Part shown: positions 1 through 8,224 of the stretch, in pieces
How positions within the stretch are numbered: position 1 is the stretch's first letter
Layout: each line of letters opens with the position of its first letter
Source of the DNA: Limisphaerales bacterium
GTDB lineage: Bacteria > Verrucomicrobiota > Verrucomicrobiia > Limisphaerales > SIBE01
Direction: 5' to 3'
DNA: 39,567 nt
NCBI GenBank assembly: GCA_044225505.1
Contig: JBGAIN010000068.1
Location: 1 to 39,567, forward strand
Translations under genes and position numbers: made by a program
The notes under the pieces: model-generated
What the model saw: the letters and a program-made list of their open reading frames with translations, nothing else
Databases searched by the model: none
Told to the model about the DNA's origin: nothing

Positions 1-185
1 ATCTGGCGCTGGTTGGACAGGCAGGCTACTTGTTTGACTTTCTCCTTCGCCTTGGCCAGCGAGGGCAACAGCATCGAGGTGAGGATCGCGATAATCGCGA
101 TCACGACAAGAAGTTCAATCAGGGCGAAACCAGCCTGGCTAGCCTGATTGACGTTCGTAGAAATTGATCGGGACTTGGCCATCAT
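1..185 (-). CDS. Prepilin-type N-terminal cleavage/methylation domain protein (5' part only; runs off the window)
   Basis: Not in the ORF track. Manual translation from ATG at 185 (or 182) gives [61 protein letters not shown], with the G|[16 protein letters not shown] motif and C-x-SN-x-RQ. Confidence 0.9.
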   Translation of the reverse strand, partial: MMAKSRSISTNVNQASQAGFALIELLVVIAIIAILTSMLLPSLAKAKEKVKQVACLSNQRQ

Positions 186-240
186 AAGGTCGTTCAAACC
201 TATGTTTTGCATTAGACCGGCTCGAGAGTCTGTTGTCACG

Positions 241-888
241 ATGGAACAACCCATTGGACTTCTTTCCGTTGGAATCAGTTCAATCGCCTATTCGACGCGG
301 CCCGAATTCAAAGAAGTTGTTTCGAAGATCCATCGCCTCACAGACCTCGCCGAACCTGCTTTGAAAGACAGAATCGGCTTTTGCCACCCGGGATTCGGCA
401 CGGCGAGCGGCCACTTTGCTGCGATGTATGTTTTGTGGGGCGAGCCGAAATATACCCAGTTCATGCAGGCCCTCCGCGCCAATAAGCTAAAGCTTCTGGG
501 CGGTAACTCGGTCGTGGCCGATCAGGTGATCGCTGGAACGCTGGCCGCCGGGCCGACCGACAACGACGACGTCGCAGACGGCCTTGAGCATAAGGAGCCG
601 ATTGACGGCGTTCTCCCAGATCAGGGACCTGGGGAGCCAGGAACACTTCTGATACCCGGCACCATCGCCCTTGTTCGCGGGGCGCCGCACCCGGAATTGG
701 CCAAGAAATTGATCGATTTCCTGGCTGGGGGCGCGGTCGAGAAACGCCTCCTCGAGGAACACTACCTGGGCTACTCAGTCCGGACAGACATTCCTATCAA
801 GGCCCTCAATGTGGATTACGTAGAATGTGCCCACAAAATGCGTAGAGCCATCGAGCTAGCCCTCACGATTCTTCAGGACCGCCAGTGA
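241..888 (+). CDS. Fe3+/thiamine-type ABC transporter substrate-binding protein, probably N-terminally truncated
   Basis: Motifs [23 protein letters not shown] and [28 protein letters not shown]. There is no signal peptide or N-terminal lobe. The ORF-track start (148) overlaps the divergent pilin gene; first ATG clear of that gene is 241. Confidence 0.7.
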   Translation: MEQPIGLLSVGISSIAYSTRPEFKEVVSKIHRLTDLAEPALKDRIGFCHPGFGTASGHFAAMYVLWGEPKYTQFMQALRANKLKLLGGNSVVADQVIAGTLAAGPTDNDDVADGLEHKEPIDGVLPDQGPGEPGTLLIPGTIALVRGAPHPELAKKLIDFLAGGAVEKRLLEEHYLGYSVRTDIPIKALNVDYVECAHKMRRAIELALTILQDRQ

Positions 889-1889
889 AGAGGAGGTTAG
901 CCTGTCTCATCGGAGTGCCAGCTGTGCTGGTTGTCGGCGTTTGCTCTGGACTCCCACTCCTGTGGGCGGGCGCCGTGATTTTGGCACATCCAGGCTCGCT
1001 GGCCGATTTGGGGATATCTTCGTTCCGTCTCCAACTCCTCGGCAACACGCTCGTCTGCAATTTGCTCGTCGCGTTGGGCGCCACTGCGTTCGGCCTTCCG
1101 GCTGGATTAGTTATGGGCCGACACCCTGGGAGGGCGGGGAAGCTGTTCTGGGTGCTCGCTCCCGGAAGCTTGCGTGGGGCTCTGATCAGTTCGCTCCAAA
1201 AGCTCGATTTTCCAGCGGTGTTATGGAGCGAGTTTGGCGAAGCGATCATCGGGTCGACATCCGTATTCGGGATCGTCGTTTTGATCGCCCTGTTGGTGAT
1301 TTTGTCCGCGTCGGCTCGTTGGGCGCCCGGACTGTTAACGGTCTCAATGCTTTCCTTCTTGATGGGGGGTGAGATTCTGGCCATCGCGTTGATCCGGATC
1401 CTGAATTATCCAAGACTCCAATCGCTGTGTGACGCCTGGCCCTTGCCAGTCATCGCATACTTGGCGCGCTTTGGGTTCATCGCATTGTTGGCCGCCCGGT
1501 GCTGCTGGTCTTCAGGGTGGCGCGATATCCGGATCCAAGCTCAACACGATGGAGCGACCGGAGTCGGTGTGGCCAGGCGGCTGATTTGGCCTCTGGCATG
1601 GCCTTTCTTTGTCGTGATCGCTCTCCTGATCGGGGTCCTTTCGATGGGCGAACTGGAGGCAACCGCGACGCTGATGCCGAGAAGTCCGTCGATTCTGACG
1701 ACCCGGTTATTGAGTATGGCCAATGCATCGCGCTCGAATCTGCTCGTTGAAGGTGCCCTGCTTGCCATCGCGCCAGTTGGAATTGCCGTTTTATTGTTCC
1801 TGCTTGGTTCAATGGCAAAATGGCCGTTTTTCATGCATCGGGAGCACAGGAGTCACCACGGCCGTTCTAAAACAAATTCCGGAGTATAG
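885..1889 (+). CDS. ABC transporter permease (FbpB-like), apparently internally deleted
   Basis: Multiple hydrophobic segments and one EAA-like loop (IQAQHDGATGVGVARRLIWPL) followed by SMGELEATATL. Overlaps the binding-protein stop by 4 nt (GTGA). At 334 aa it is short for a duplicated FbpB permease. Confidence 0.7.
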   Translation: MKRRLACLIGVPAVLVVGVCSGLPLLWAGAVILAHPGSLADLGISSFRLQLLGNTLVCNLLVALGATAFGLPAGLVMGRHPGRAGKLFWVLAPGSLRGALISSLQKLDFPAVLWSEFGEAIIGSTSVFGIVVLIALLVILSASARWAPGLLTVSMLSFLMGGEILAIALIRILNYPRLQSLCDAWPLPVIAYLARFGFIALLAARCCWSSGWRDIRIQAQHDGATGVGVARRLIWPLAWPFFVVIALLIGVLSMGELEATATLMPRSPSILTTRLLSMANASRSNLLVEGALLAIAPVGIAVLLFLLGSMAKWPFFMHREHRSHHGRSKTNSGV

Positions 1890-2027
1890 GCTCCCCCGGC
1901 GAATTGTTTGGAGCAGTCGCAGATCGGAGCGTTTGCGGAAAGTTCTCCAGCCCCTCGACATCTCATGATTGAGGCTGGTCCAGCGGCGAATAAATCTCAG
2001 CTGACCCGAGCAAAAGAGAATCCCAGT

Positions 2028-2056
2028 TTGACTAAAGTTGCTTCCCGATGCAGACT
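2028..2056 (+). promoter_or_regulatory. Putative sigma70 promoter, leaderless start at GTG 2064
   Basis: TTGACT (2028-2033), 17-nt spacer, CAGACT (2051-2056), then 7 nt to an in-frame GTG. Confidence 0.5.
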
Positions 2057-2063
2057 GCACACG

Positions 2064-2438
2064 GTGGTTCGCCGTTGCACCAGTTTCCCCGTCGTCGTGA
2101 TGCTCTGCCTCGTCTTGGGGCTGCATTGGACCCTCTTGCGTACCGTCGGCTGGGTGAACATGTTCGTCACCTTCACCCAAACCGGCACGGTTCACGAAGC
2201 ATTGGTCAAGACGTTCGACGGAAAACACCCTTGCTCCATGTGTAAGTTTGTCAAAAGCGCGAAGCCCGGGGAAAAGAAGGAACAGTCCCTTAACCCTGAG
2301 GCCAAGCTGATTTCGATTTTGGCCCCGGAGATTTCCCGGCTGAGTCCGCCGACTGCCTATGCCTTGCTTCCGCTTTGGGACGACACGTGTCTTGGACGCG
2401 CCGACGCCCCGCCTGTCCCTCCTCCTCGGATTGCCTGA
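2064..2438 (+). CDS. Small membrane protein with CxxC and C-terminal polyproline motif (DUF2946/CruR-like leader ORF)
   Basis: N-terminal hydrophobic segment with LGLHW, then KTFDGKHPCSMC, ending CLGRADAPPVPPPRIA. Start moved from 1908 to GTG 2064 on the basis of the promoter. Confidence 0.7.
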   Translation: MVRRCTSFPVVVMLCLVLGLHWTLLRTVGWVNMFVTFTQTGTVHEALVKTFDGKHPCSMCKFVKSAKPGEKKEQSLNPEAKLISILAPEISRLSPPTAYALLPLWDDTCLGRADAPPVPPPRIA

Positions 2439-2560
2439 TCTATATTTCTGTCGGCTCGGACCCTCCTGGTCTGAGTTCTTCGCGCGCTAGAGATCCTGGC
2501 TTTAGCGGTTCAAACGTTCGCTGATAGGATCGGCGACAAAACTTCCGATCGACCATTGCC

Positions 2561-3196
2561 GTGAGCGCACATGAACACGGATTTACGCTGATCGAACTCC
2601 TGGTGGTGATTGCGATTATTGCGATCCTCGCTGGACTGCTGCTGCCCGCGCTAAGTCGGGCCAAGCAAAAAGCCCGCGCGACCGCGTGTCTGAGCAACCT
2701 GCGCCAGATCGGTTTGGGTGCAGCGATGTATTCCGGTGAAAACAACGACACTCTGCCGCAGTCATCCCACGAGCACGCCTCCTGGGTGGGTACTCTGCAA
2801 CGTTACACCGGGACCAACGTCTACCGCTGTCCGGACGATCAGAACAAAGTCCGCGTTTACAGTTACGCCATGAACGACTTTCTCACCGTTCATCCCTTCG
2901 GCGCCGAGACTCTGGACTATTCCAGGCTCACGTCTCTTCCATCCCCGGCGGCGACGCTCTATCTCGCCGAATGCGACGATCAGTACGAAGGCGCGGATCA
3001 CTTTCATTTTGCCGACGCTTCCGCCGGAGGATATTCGCCGGCAGTCTTTCCTCAACAGGTCGCCGTGCGGCGGCATCAATCGGGAGCAAACTACCTCTTT
3101 GCCGACGGGCACGTCGCGAAGTTCGGTTGGCTCAAGGTCCTCAAGCAAATCCAATTGGCCGGCGACCCACTCGTGCGACCGGACGGCAATCCCTGA
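2561..3196 (+). CDS. Prepilin-type N-terminal cleavage/methylation protein with H-X9-DG domain
   Basis: [25 protein letters not shown]...[10 protein letters not shown]-terminal [14 protein letters not shown]; extra DHFHF motif. Confidence 0.9.
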   Translation: MSAHEHGFTLIELLVVIAIIAILAGLLLPALSRAKQKARATACLSNLRQIGLGAAMYSGENNDTLPQSSHEHASWVGTLQRYTGTNVYRCPDDQNKVRVYSYAMNDFLTVHPFGAETLDYSRLTSLPSPAATLYLAECDDQYEGADHFHFADASAGGYSPAVFPQQVAVRRHQSGANYLFADGHVAKFGWLKVLKQIQLAGDPLVRPDGNP

Positions 3197-3273
3197 TCCA
3201 GAACGAGTAGAGTGCGAAAGTGCCTCCGCAGACAGGCTCCTGAGCGACATCAGATTGCCCGGTTCAACTCCAG

Positions 3274-4137
3274 ATGAAACCTCAACAATTCTCTTTTGGC
3301 TTTCGGCGCTTTTTTGCCGCGCTGGCCTTTGCGGCCAGTTGGTCCGGGGGGGCGGCGCTTCAGGCGCAGCATGTCCACGTCAACGCGGGAGCGGTCGATA
3401 CCCGTCAGGACGCCCCGCTCGTTTTCCAGAACAGTTCGGTCTATGACACGAGCGCTGATTACGATGTTTACCTCACCTTCACCGATGCCGGCGCGTTCCC
3501 GAACCTCTACCAGGGCGGGGGGGTAACGTTCACCGCCCTCGCGAGCACCCTCGATAATGGAGGCCCGGCTCCCGGCCACGCGGCGGAGGGGGCTTTTCTG
3601 CAATTGCAATTCGTTTCGATGAGCGGTCCGGCGGGTGGAGTGTTCGGCGTGTGGGCTCAAGACGCTGATGATCCGAGCCAAAGCTCTGAGTTATTTGCTT
3701 TGCCCGTCGGCACAGACGCGGGCACCAACCTCCTCGCTTTGAGCGAGAGTGACGGCTCCCCGGGGGCCGATCCTTACGGCCATATCCATGGACGCACATT
3801 TACCGCCACCAGACCTGGCTTGTATACGTTAGGGTGCCGCGTCATCGACACCTCCACAAACGGCGAGGCGGGCGGACCGATCCACTCGCCATCGCCTCTT
3901 TATCGTTTTTACTTTCAGGCCGGCCTGACCATCTCCTCCTGGCAGCTCAACTCGAATGCATTCGCGCTCAAGTTTGGAACGGCCACTGGCCGGACTTACT
4001 CCGTTGAATCGACAACGAATCTAACTGCGCCGAATTGGACGGCTTTCGCGGGCCCCTTCACGGGTGCTAACCATCTCCAAACGGCAGGCACAAACTCGAC
4101 CGCATCAACTCTGTTTTTCCGAGTTCGCTCGGATTGA
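3274..4137 (+). CDS. Secreted His-motif surface protein (resembles TIGR03769/choice-of-anchor M domain) with C-terminal F[FY]R domain
   Basis: Signal peptide ending ALQA, mature N-terminus QHVHV, DPYGHIHGRTFTATRPGLY motif, C-terminus YSVESTTNL..NW...FFRVR. Confidence 0.75.
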   Translation: MKPQQFSFGFRRFFAALAFAASWSGGAALQAQHVHVNAGAVDTRQDAPLVFQNSSVYDTSADYDVYLTFTDAGAFPNLYQGGGVTFTALASTLDNGGPAPGHAAEGAFLQLQFVSMSGPAGGVFGVWAQDADDPSQSSELFALPVGTDAGTNLLALSESDGSPGADPYGHIHGRTFTATRPGLYTLGCRVIDTSTNGEAGGPIHSPSPLYRFYFQAGLTISSWQLNSNAFALKFGTATGRTYSVESTTNLTAPNWTAFAGPFTGANHLQTAGTNSTASTLFFRVRSD

Positions 4138-4178
4138 AAAGAAAAGCACCAAGATCAAAACACAGACCACAACGAACC

Positions 4179-5150
4179 ATGAAACAATCAGAAGCTAGAC
4201 TCTCCTTTCGCAGGGCCAAAAAGCTCGCGGGAAGCACCATTGCCTCGGCCGCCTTTCTGCTGGCCGGAACTATCGCTCAAGCCCATATCACGTATTCCGG
4301 ACGTGATTTCGGCGCTTATTCCGGACTGACAAACGCCACCGCGACGATTACCAACCAGACCGTGACCGGCAACTACGGCTGGGCCGATGCCGCGGACGGG
4401 ATACTGGGCGACAGCCATCGCGGCCGCGCTTTCCGGTTCCACCTGGACAACGCCGCTTATGTCAACGTGACGGTGGCGGCGAACCCGAACGCTACGACCA
4501 ATTCCCTGGGCGGGTTCACGCCGGCGTTCTCGGTGTATTCAGGCTTGGCTGCCGTTGCCCCTTACGCGGCTAGCCAGACCACGAATGCACCAGGACCTGA
4601 CCATGATTTCGGAGAGGCCTCGGTTGCCTGGCGAATCTCGTGGGTGCAGCAGAACCTGAATCCTGCCGCCACCGACGAGACCGCCACAGACGGAAGCTGG
4701 AATGCGATTGGAGATTGGAAGATCGGCGGAGATGGGGATCTTCCAGGGGACTTCTCTCAATTGAGCAGTTTCGTTTACAAGGGATCAGCGGCTTCGACCA
4801 CCAGCGGGGGAAGTTTGACGGGCAGTCTTGCTCTCCCGGCTGGCGACTATACCGTTTTCGTTGGCGGCAACGACATCGCCAACAAAACATCCAACACGGC
4901 CCTCTCTCCGCATGGCATCGCGGTGACGCTGTCGGTTTCTTCTACCCCTTCCGTGAGCATCGCGGCCAAAGTGTTCGTTGCGTTGCCCACAGGCAGCACC
5001 ACCAATTGGGTGCTCGAATCGGCATCATCTCTGACCTCCACCAATTGGACAGGAGTCAGCTACGCGCCGATTACGGCGAACGGGCAGCGTGGAGTTCTCC
5101 TGGATAGCGGTGCCGCCGCGCAATTCTTTCGCCTGCGATCCAACCCATAG
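4179..5150 (+). CDS. Secreted surface protein with N-terminal His and C-terminal F[FY]R domain
   Basis: In-frame ATG at 4179. Signal peptide ends AQA|HITY; contains GWADAADGILGDSH; C-terminus WVLESASSL..NW...FFRLR. Confidence 0.75.
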   Translation: MKQSEARLSFRRAKKLAGSTIASAAFLLAGTIAQAHITYSGRDFGAYSGLTNATATITNQTVTGNYGWADAADGILGDSHRGRAFRFHLDNAAYVNVTVAANPNATTNSLGGFTPAFSVYSGLAAVAPYAASQTTNAPGPDHDFGEASVAWRISWVQQNLNPAATDETATDGSWNAIGDWKIGGDGDLPGDFSQLSSFVYKGSAASTTSGGSLTGSLALPAGDYTVFVGGNDIANKTSNTALSPHGIAVTLSVSSTPSVSIAAKVFVALPTGSTTNWVLESASSLTSTNWTGVSYAPITANGQRGVLLDSGAAAQFFRLRSNP

Positions 5151-5165
5151 GACGAGAAGGCGGTC

Positions 5166-6008
5166 ATGGTGAGAATCCTCCTCCTGCTGCTCGGCTTGGC
5201 GGCCTTGGTGTTGCCAGGCCGGGCGGATACCCATCTTTATGCCGGCGCGCTGAGCACCAATCAAGGCGGCCAATGCTCCTTCAGCAACGGCGGGCTGTTC
5301 GACGCCCGGATCAGCAGTGTCTCTCTGCCCCAGGTCCTGCGGACAAACGGATTGAACGCGAGTTATTTCCGGGGCGATGCGCTGACCTTTTCCGCGCTAG
5401 CCGCCACGCCTTCAAACGGTGGACCTATTCCAGGAGCCGCCGCTTTGGGAGCACGCCTTGCCGTTCAGGTGGTGAGCGTCCAAGGACCAGCCGGAGGCAG
5501 CTTCGCGTTTTGGGAGGGGGACGGCGAGAGTGATTTGGGTAAGATCACCTTCAGCGTGCCGGTCGGCACGACAGACGGGACCAACTACGTGGTGATCAGC
5601 GAAAACCAGGGAGAGGCTGGCGCTGACCCGTACGGCCATATTCATGGCCGACAGTACACCACCAGCGCACCGGGGACTTACATCGTCGGCTTCCGCGTGA
5701 TCGATATTTCCACGAATGGGCTCGGTGGTGGGCCGATTCAGTCTCCTTCGGATCTATTGCCGGTTCGCTTTCAAGCTGGGTTGCGGATTGAAAATATTCA
5801 GACATTAACCAGTGCGACCGCAGTTTGGTTTCGCAGTCCGCCCGGAATCAGCACCCTGCTCGAGTTCACCGATTTCATTCCATCAAACCACTGGCAACCG
5901 GCAGCCGCGCCGCTGCGCGGCAACAACAATCTCCAGTCCGTCGCGGATACGAACGGGCCAGCTGCGGCGCGATTTTACCGGATTCGTCAACTCAACAACT
6001 TGCCTTGA
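5166..6008 (+). CDS. Secreted His-motif surface protein, paralog of 3274..4137
   Basis: Signal peptide ends GRA|DTHLY. Shares TF.ALA.T..NGGP.PG.AA.GA.L..Q.VS..GPAGG.F..W and GADPYGHIHGR with 3274..4137; C-terminal RFYRIR. Confidence 0.8.
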   Translation: MVRILLLLLGLAALVLPGRADTHLYAGALSTNQGGQCSFSNGGLFDARISSVSLPQVLRTNGLNASYFRGDALTFSALAATPSNGGPIPGAAALGARLAVQVVSVQGPAGGSFAFWEGDGESDLGKITFSVPVGTTDGTNYVVISENQGEAGADPYGHIHGRQYTTSAPGTYIVGFRVIDISTNGLGGGPIQSPSDLLPVRFQAGLRIENIQTLTSATAVWFRSPPGISTLLEFTDFIPSNHWQPAAAPLRGNNNLQSVADTNGPAAARFYRIRQLNNLP

Positions 6009-6345
6009 CGAATCCCTTCCATGCCTCGACTCACCAGATGACAGACCTATGAGGTGCGACCGCAATCTGAATCCTGAACACTCCGATCAATGCGCGCCAA
6101 GGAAGGACAGCTGGACCTCCGGTGACATGCTTTGCAAACGCCTGACATTGCGGCGGCTTTGGGTTGGGCTTAACCGCTGGCTCCGTCTGACAGCGGGCGT
6201 GGTATTGGTATTGTATCAAGAAATCGCCGAAGCGTTGGCGCCTGAAACCCTTCGTGTCCAGCCTAAGGCGGGGGGCGAACGTGCCTCCCTCTCTTGGTCT
6301 GAACTCATTGCGACTGCCAAGACCCACTGTCCTTCCAACGAGCCG

Positions 6346-6384
6346 AAAACAAAACCCGCTGCAACTGTATGAGCTGCAGCGGGT
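6346..6384 (-). terminator. Rho-independent terminator closing the tRNA/GIY-YIG unit
   Basis: 10-bp perfect stem ACCCGCTGCA (6354-6363)/TGCAGCGGGT (6375-6384), followed on the minus strand by a T-rich tail (AAAACAAAA on plus). Confidence 0.8.
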
Positions 6385-6388
6385 AAAT

Positions 6389-6446
6389 TGGTTGCGGGGA
6401 CAGGATTTGAACCTGTGATCCCGCGTCTGCGGGATTATGAGCCTGA
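6389..6446 (-). repeat. tRNA-fMet 3'-half copy 1 with hairpin substitution
   Basis: 30 nt identical to the tRNA T-arm, acceptor strand and CCA (6389-6418), a 16-nt hairpin TCCCGCAGACGCGGGA (6419-6434), and 12 nt of anticodon arm TCAGGCTCATAA (6435-6446). Confidence 0.95.
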
Positions 6447-6710
6447 GGGACCGTGGGCACGCATTAGATTCTCAAGTCCTGAGCCGCCCTTCTGGCGCTT
6501 GAAGAGGTTTTCTAGAATCCGGGCGTTTCTAAGGCTCCGAGGAGTGCTTGAGAATTCCAAGCTCCAGGGTCCTCGGCCCCGAGTCCACTTAGAAACACCT
6601 TGGTTATGCTGAGCCAGGCGGTGCTCAACGTTGTTTGTGATCCCAATATACCGACGTCCTTCCCGATTTCGCAGGACGTATACAGAATACTGAATCGACG
6701 TTGGATTCAC
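6435..6710 (-). CDS. Small stand-alone GIY-YIG nuclease (UPF0213/YhbQ-like)
   Basis: VYVL...YIGITNNVEHRLAQHNQG..KWT..RGPW.L...LENLFK retains the family Tyr/Arg/His/Glu residues; 91 aa; stop codon lies inside the tRNA anticodon-loop copy. Confidence 0.92.
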   Translation of the reverse strand: MNPTSIQYSVYVLRNREGRRYIGITNNVEHRLAQHNQGVSKWTRGRGPWSLEFSSTPRSLRNARILENLFKRQKGGSGLENLMRAHGPSGS

Positions 6711-6733
6711 AGGCGACAGACCCGCAAGGAAAA

Positions 6734-6979
<246 letters not shown>

Positions 6980-6992
6980 ATCAAGGGCCGTC

Positions 6993-7020
6993 AATATAGA
7001 CGTGGGTCCGCTAGCAGCAA
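6993..7020 (-). promoter_or_regulatory. Putative sigma70 promoter of tRNA-fMet
   Basis: On the minus strand: TTGCTG, 16-nt spacer, TATATT, followed by the GC-rich discriminator GACGGCC. Confidence 0.55.
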
Positions 7021-7035
7021 GTTTTTTCTACATAT

Positions 7036-8049
7036 TTAAAATGGGCTCTCTGGAACCTTGTCCACCAACGCTCGCACTTCCTCAAATGACGTGATCCGAC
7101 CATCCAATTCAATCAAGGTCCACTTTTCGGGGAATTCGTAGGTTTCGTTCGGCTTGAGTTTCACTTCCGGGCTGACCGGGCCGAGCTCAGCGACTTGCCG
7201 ATCAAAGTAAACTTCCACGGTGTTGCCGCCGTCGCTGTAGTTGCCCTTCGACAAGTAAGGAAAATATTTCACCAGCAGCCAGCGTCCGCGCACGTAGGCA
7301 ATCCAGCCGGCATCACTATCGGCGCCGATCTTGGTCGGTTCGCCTTCGCATTTGGCCACTAGCACGCGATCGAGCACGCGAACGTTCGCCGCGGCCGGCT
7401 TAGCGCCGTCGTAAACCGATTTCCCGGCGACGGTCCGTCGGACCGACCAACGCGCTGGGAACCGGCTCTTTTTCTTTAACGGAACAAAAGCAAAGCCGCC
7501 TCCTTTGCACACGGTTCGATCCCAGAAGCAATAGGCCGATTCGCCTTTGCCAACGTTGCGCATCCGTTGCGTCAGACCCAGATCGCCAGATTCGGGTTCA
7601 ACCAGGAACTCCTTTTCCAATTGCACTCCCAATCCCAAGTCGCGCTCACTGGTAACCTTCAGACCGACGTTCCCTAGCGGTTTCGCGTCCCAAGGTCCGG
7701 TCCAAAGCCGATCGTGCGAAGGGATTCCACGGAGTTCCGGACCGATGTCACATTGGTATCCTGGGGCGATGGCGGTGGGAGCAAGGGGCAGGGTCCCGAA
7801 GGAATCGAGCAGGACATTCTCGCCATTGATGCTGTATTCGAGGAGGCGTCCACCCAGGTTCGGGACGACCACGGCCTGGAGCGCGCTTCCCGTCAGGGCG
7901 AACGCGGGCTGGCCCAGGAAGTTGGTGGATTGCACGCGGCGTGGCGCGGCGACCGCCTTGGGCTCGGCCGCGGCCAGAGGCGAGGATGCGACAGGATTGA
8001 CGAGCGCCAAGCAAAGGGTCAGGAGGGCAACGCGTTGCATGAGACGCAA
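7036..8049 (-). CDS. Secreted hypothetical protein, DUF4380/galactose-mutarotase-like fold
   Basis: Signal peptide; VVVPNLGGRLLEYSINGENVL and YSDGGNTVEVY...ELGPVSPEVKLKPNETYEFPEKW motifs. Confidence 0.65.
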   Translation of the reverse strand: MRLMQRVALLTLCLALVNPVASSPLAAAEPKAVAAPRRVQSTNFLGQPAFALTGSALQAVVVPNLGGRLLEYSINGENVLLDSFGTLPLAPTAIAPGYQCDIGPELRGIPSHDRLWTGPWDAKPLGNVGLKVTSERDLGLGVQLEKEFLVEPESGDLGLTQRMRNVGKGESAYCFWDRTVCKGGGFAFVPLKKKSRFPARWSVRRTVAGKSVYDGAKPAAANVRVLDRVLVAKCEGEPTKIGADSDAGWIAYVRGRWLLVKYFPYLSKGNYSDGGNTVEVYFDRQVAELGPVSPEVKLKPNETYEFPEKWTLIELDGRITSFEEVRALVDKVPESPF

Positions 8050-8224
8050 ACGATTACCAGCCAGCCGTCAAGCTGGCGAGCTGAAGTTGGTGAGGGCAAG
8101 CCAGAGTTCGCGCGCGAAGAACGCCCAATCGAGGCGCTGCTATTCCTGGTCGGGAGCTGAATAAGGAAAGCTTGCCCGAACGAGGGCTTCAGTGGAAAGA
8201 TGAGAGGTAGCGTCTAATCAGGTT

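Noticed and set aside
6127..6372. Possible 81-aa ORF (MLCKRLTLRRLWVG...) after the surface-protein operon
   Set aside because: No recognisable motif or RBS, and it ends within the terminator hairpin. It cannot be supported, though it is not excluded.
6388..6612. ORF beginning MVAGTGFEPV
   Set aside because: This is the antisense translation of the tRNA 3' end and of the GIY-YIG gene, a typical spurious ORF.
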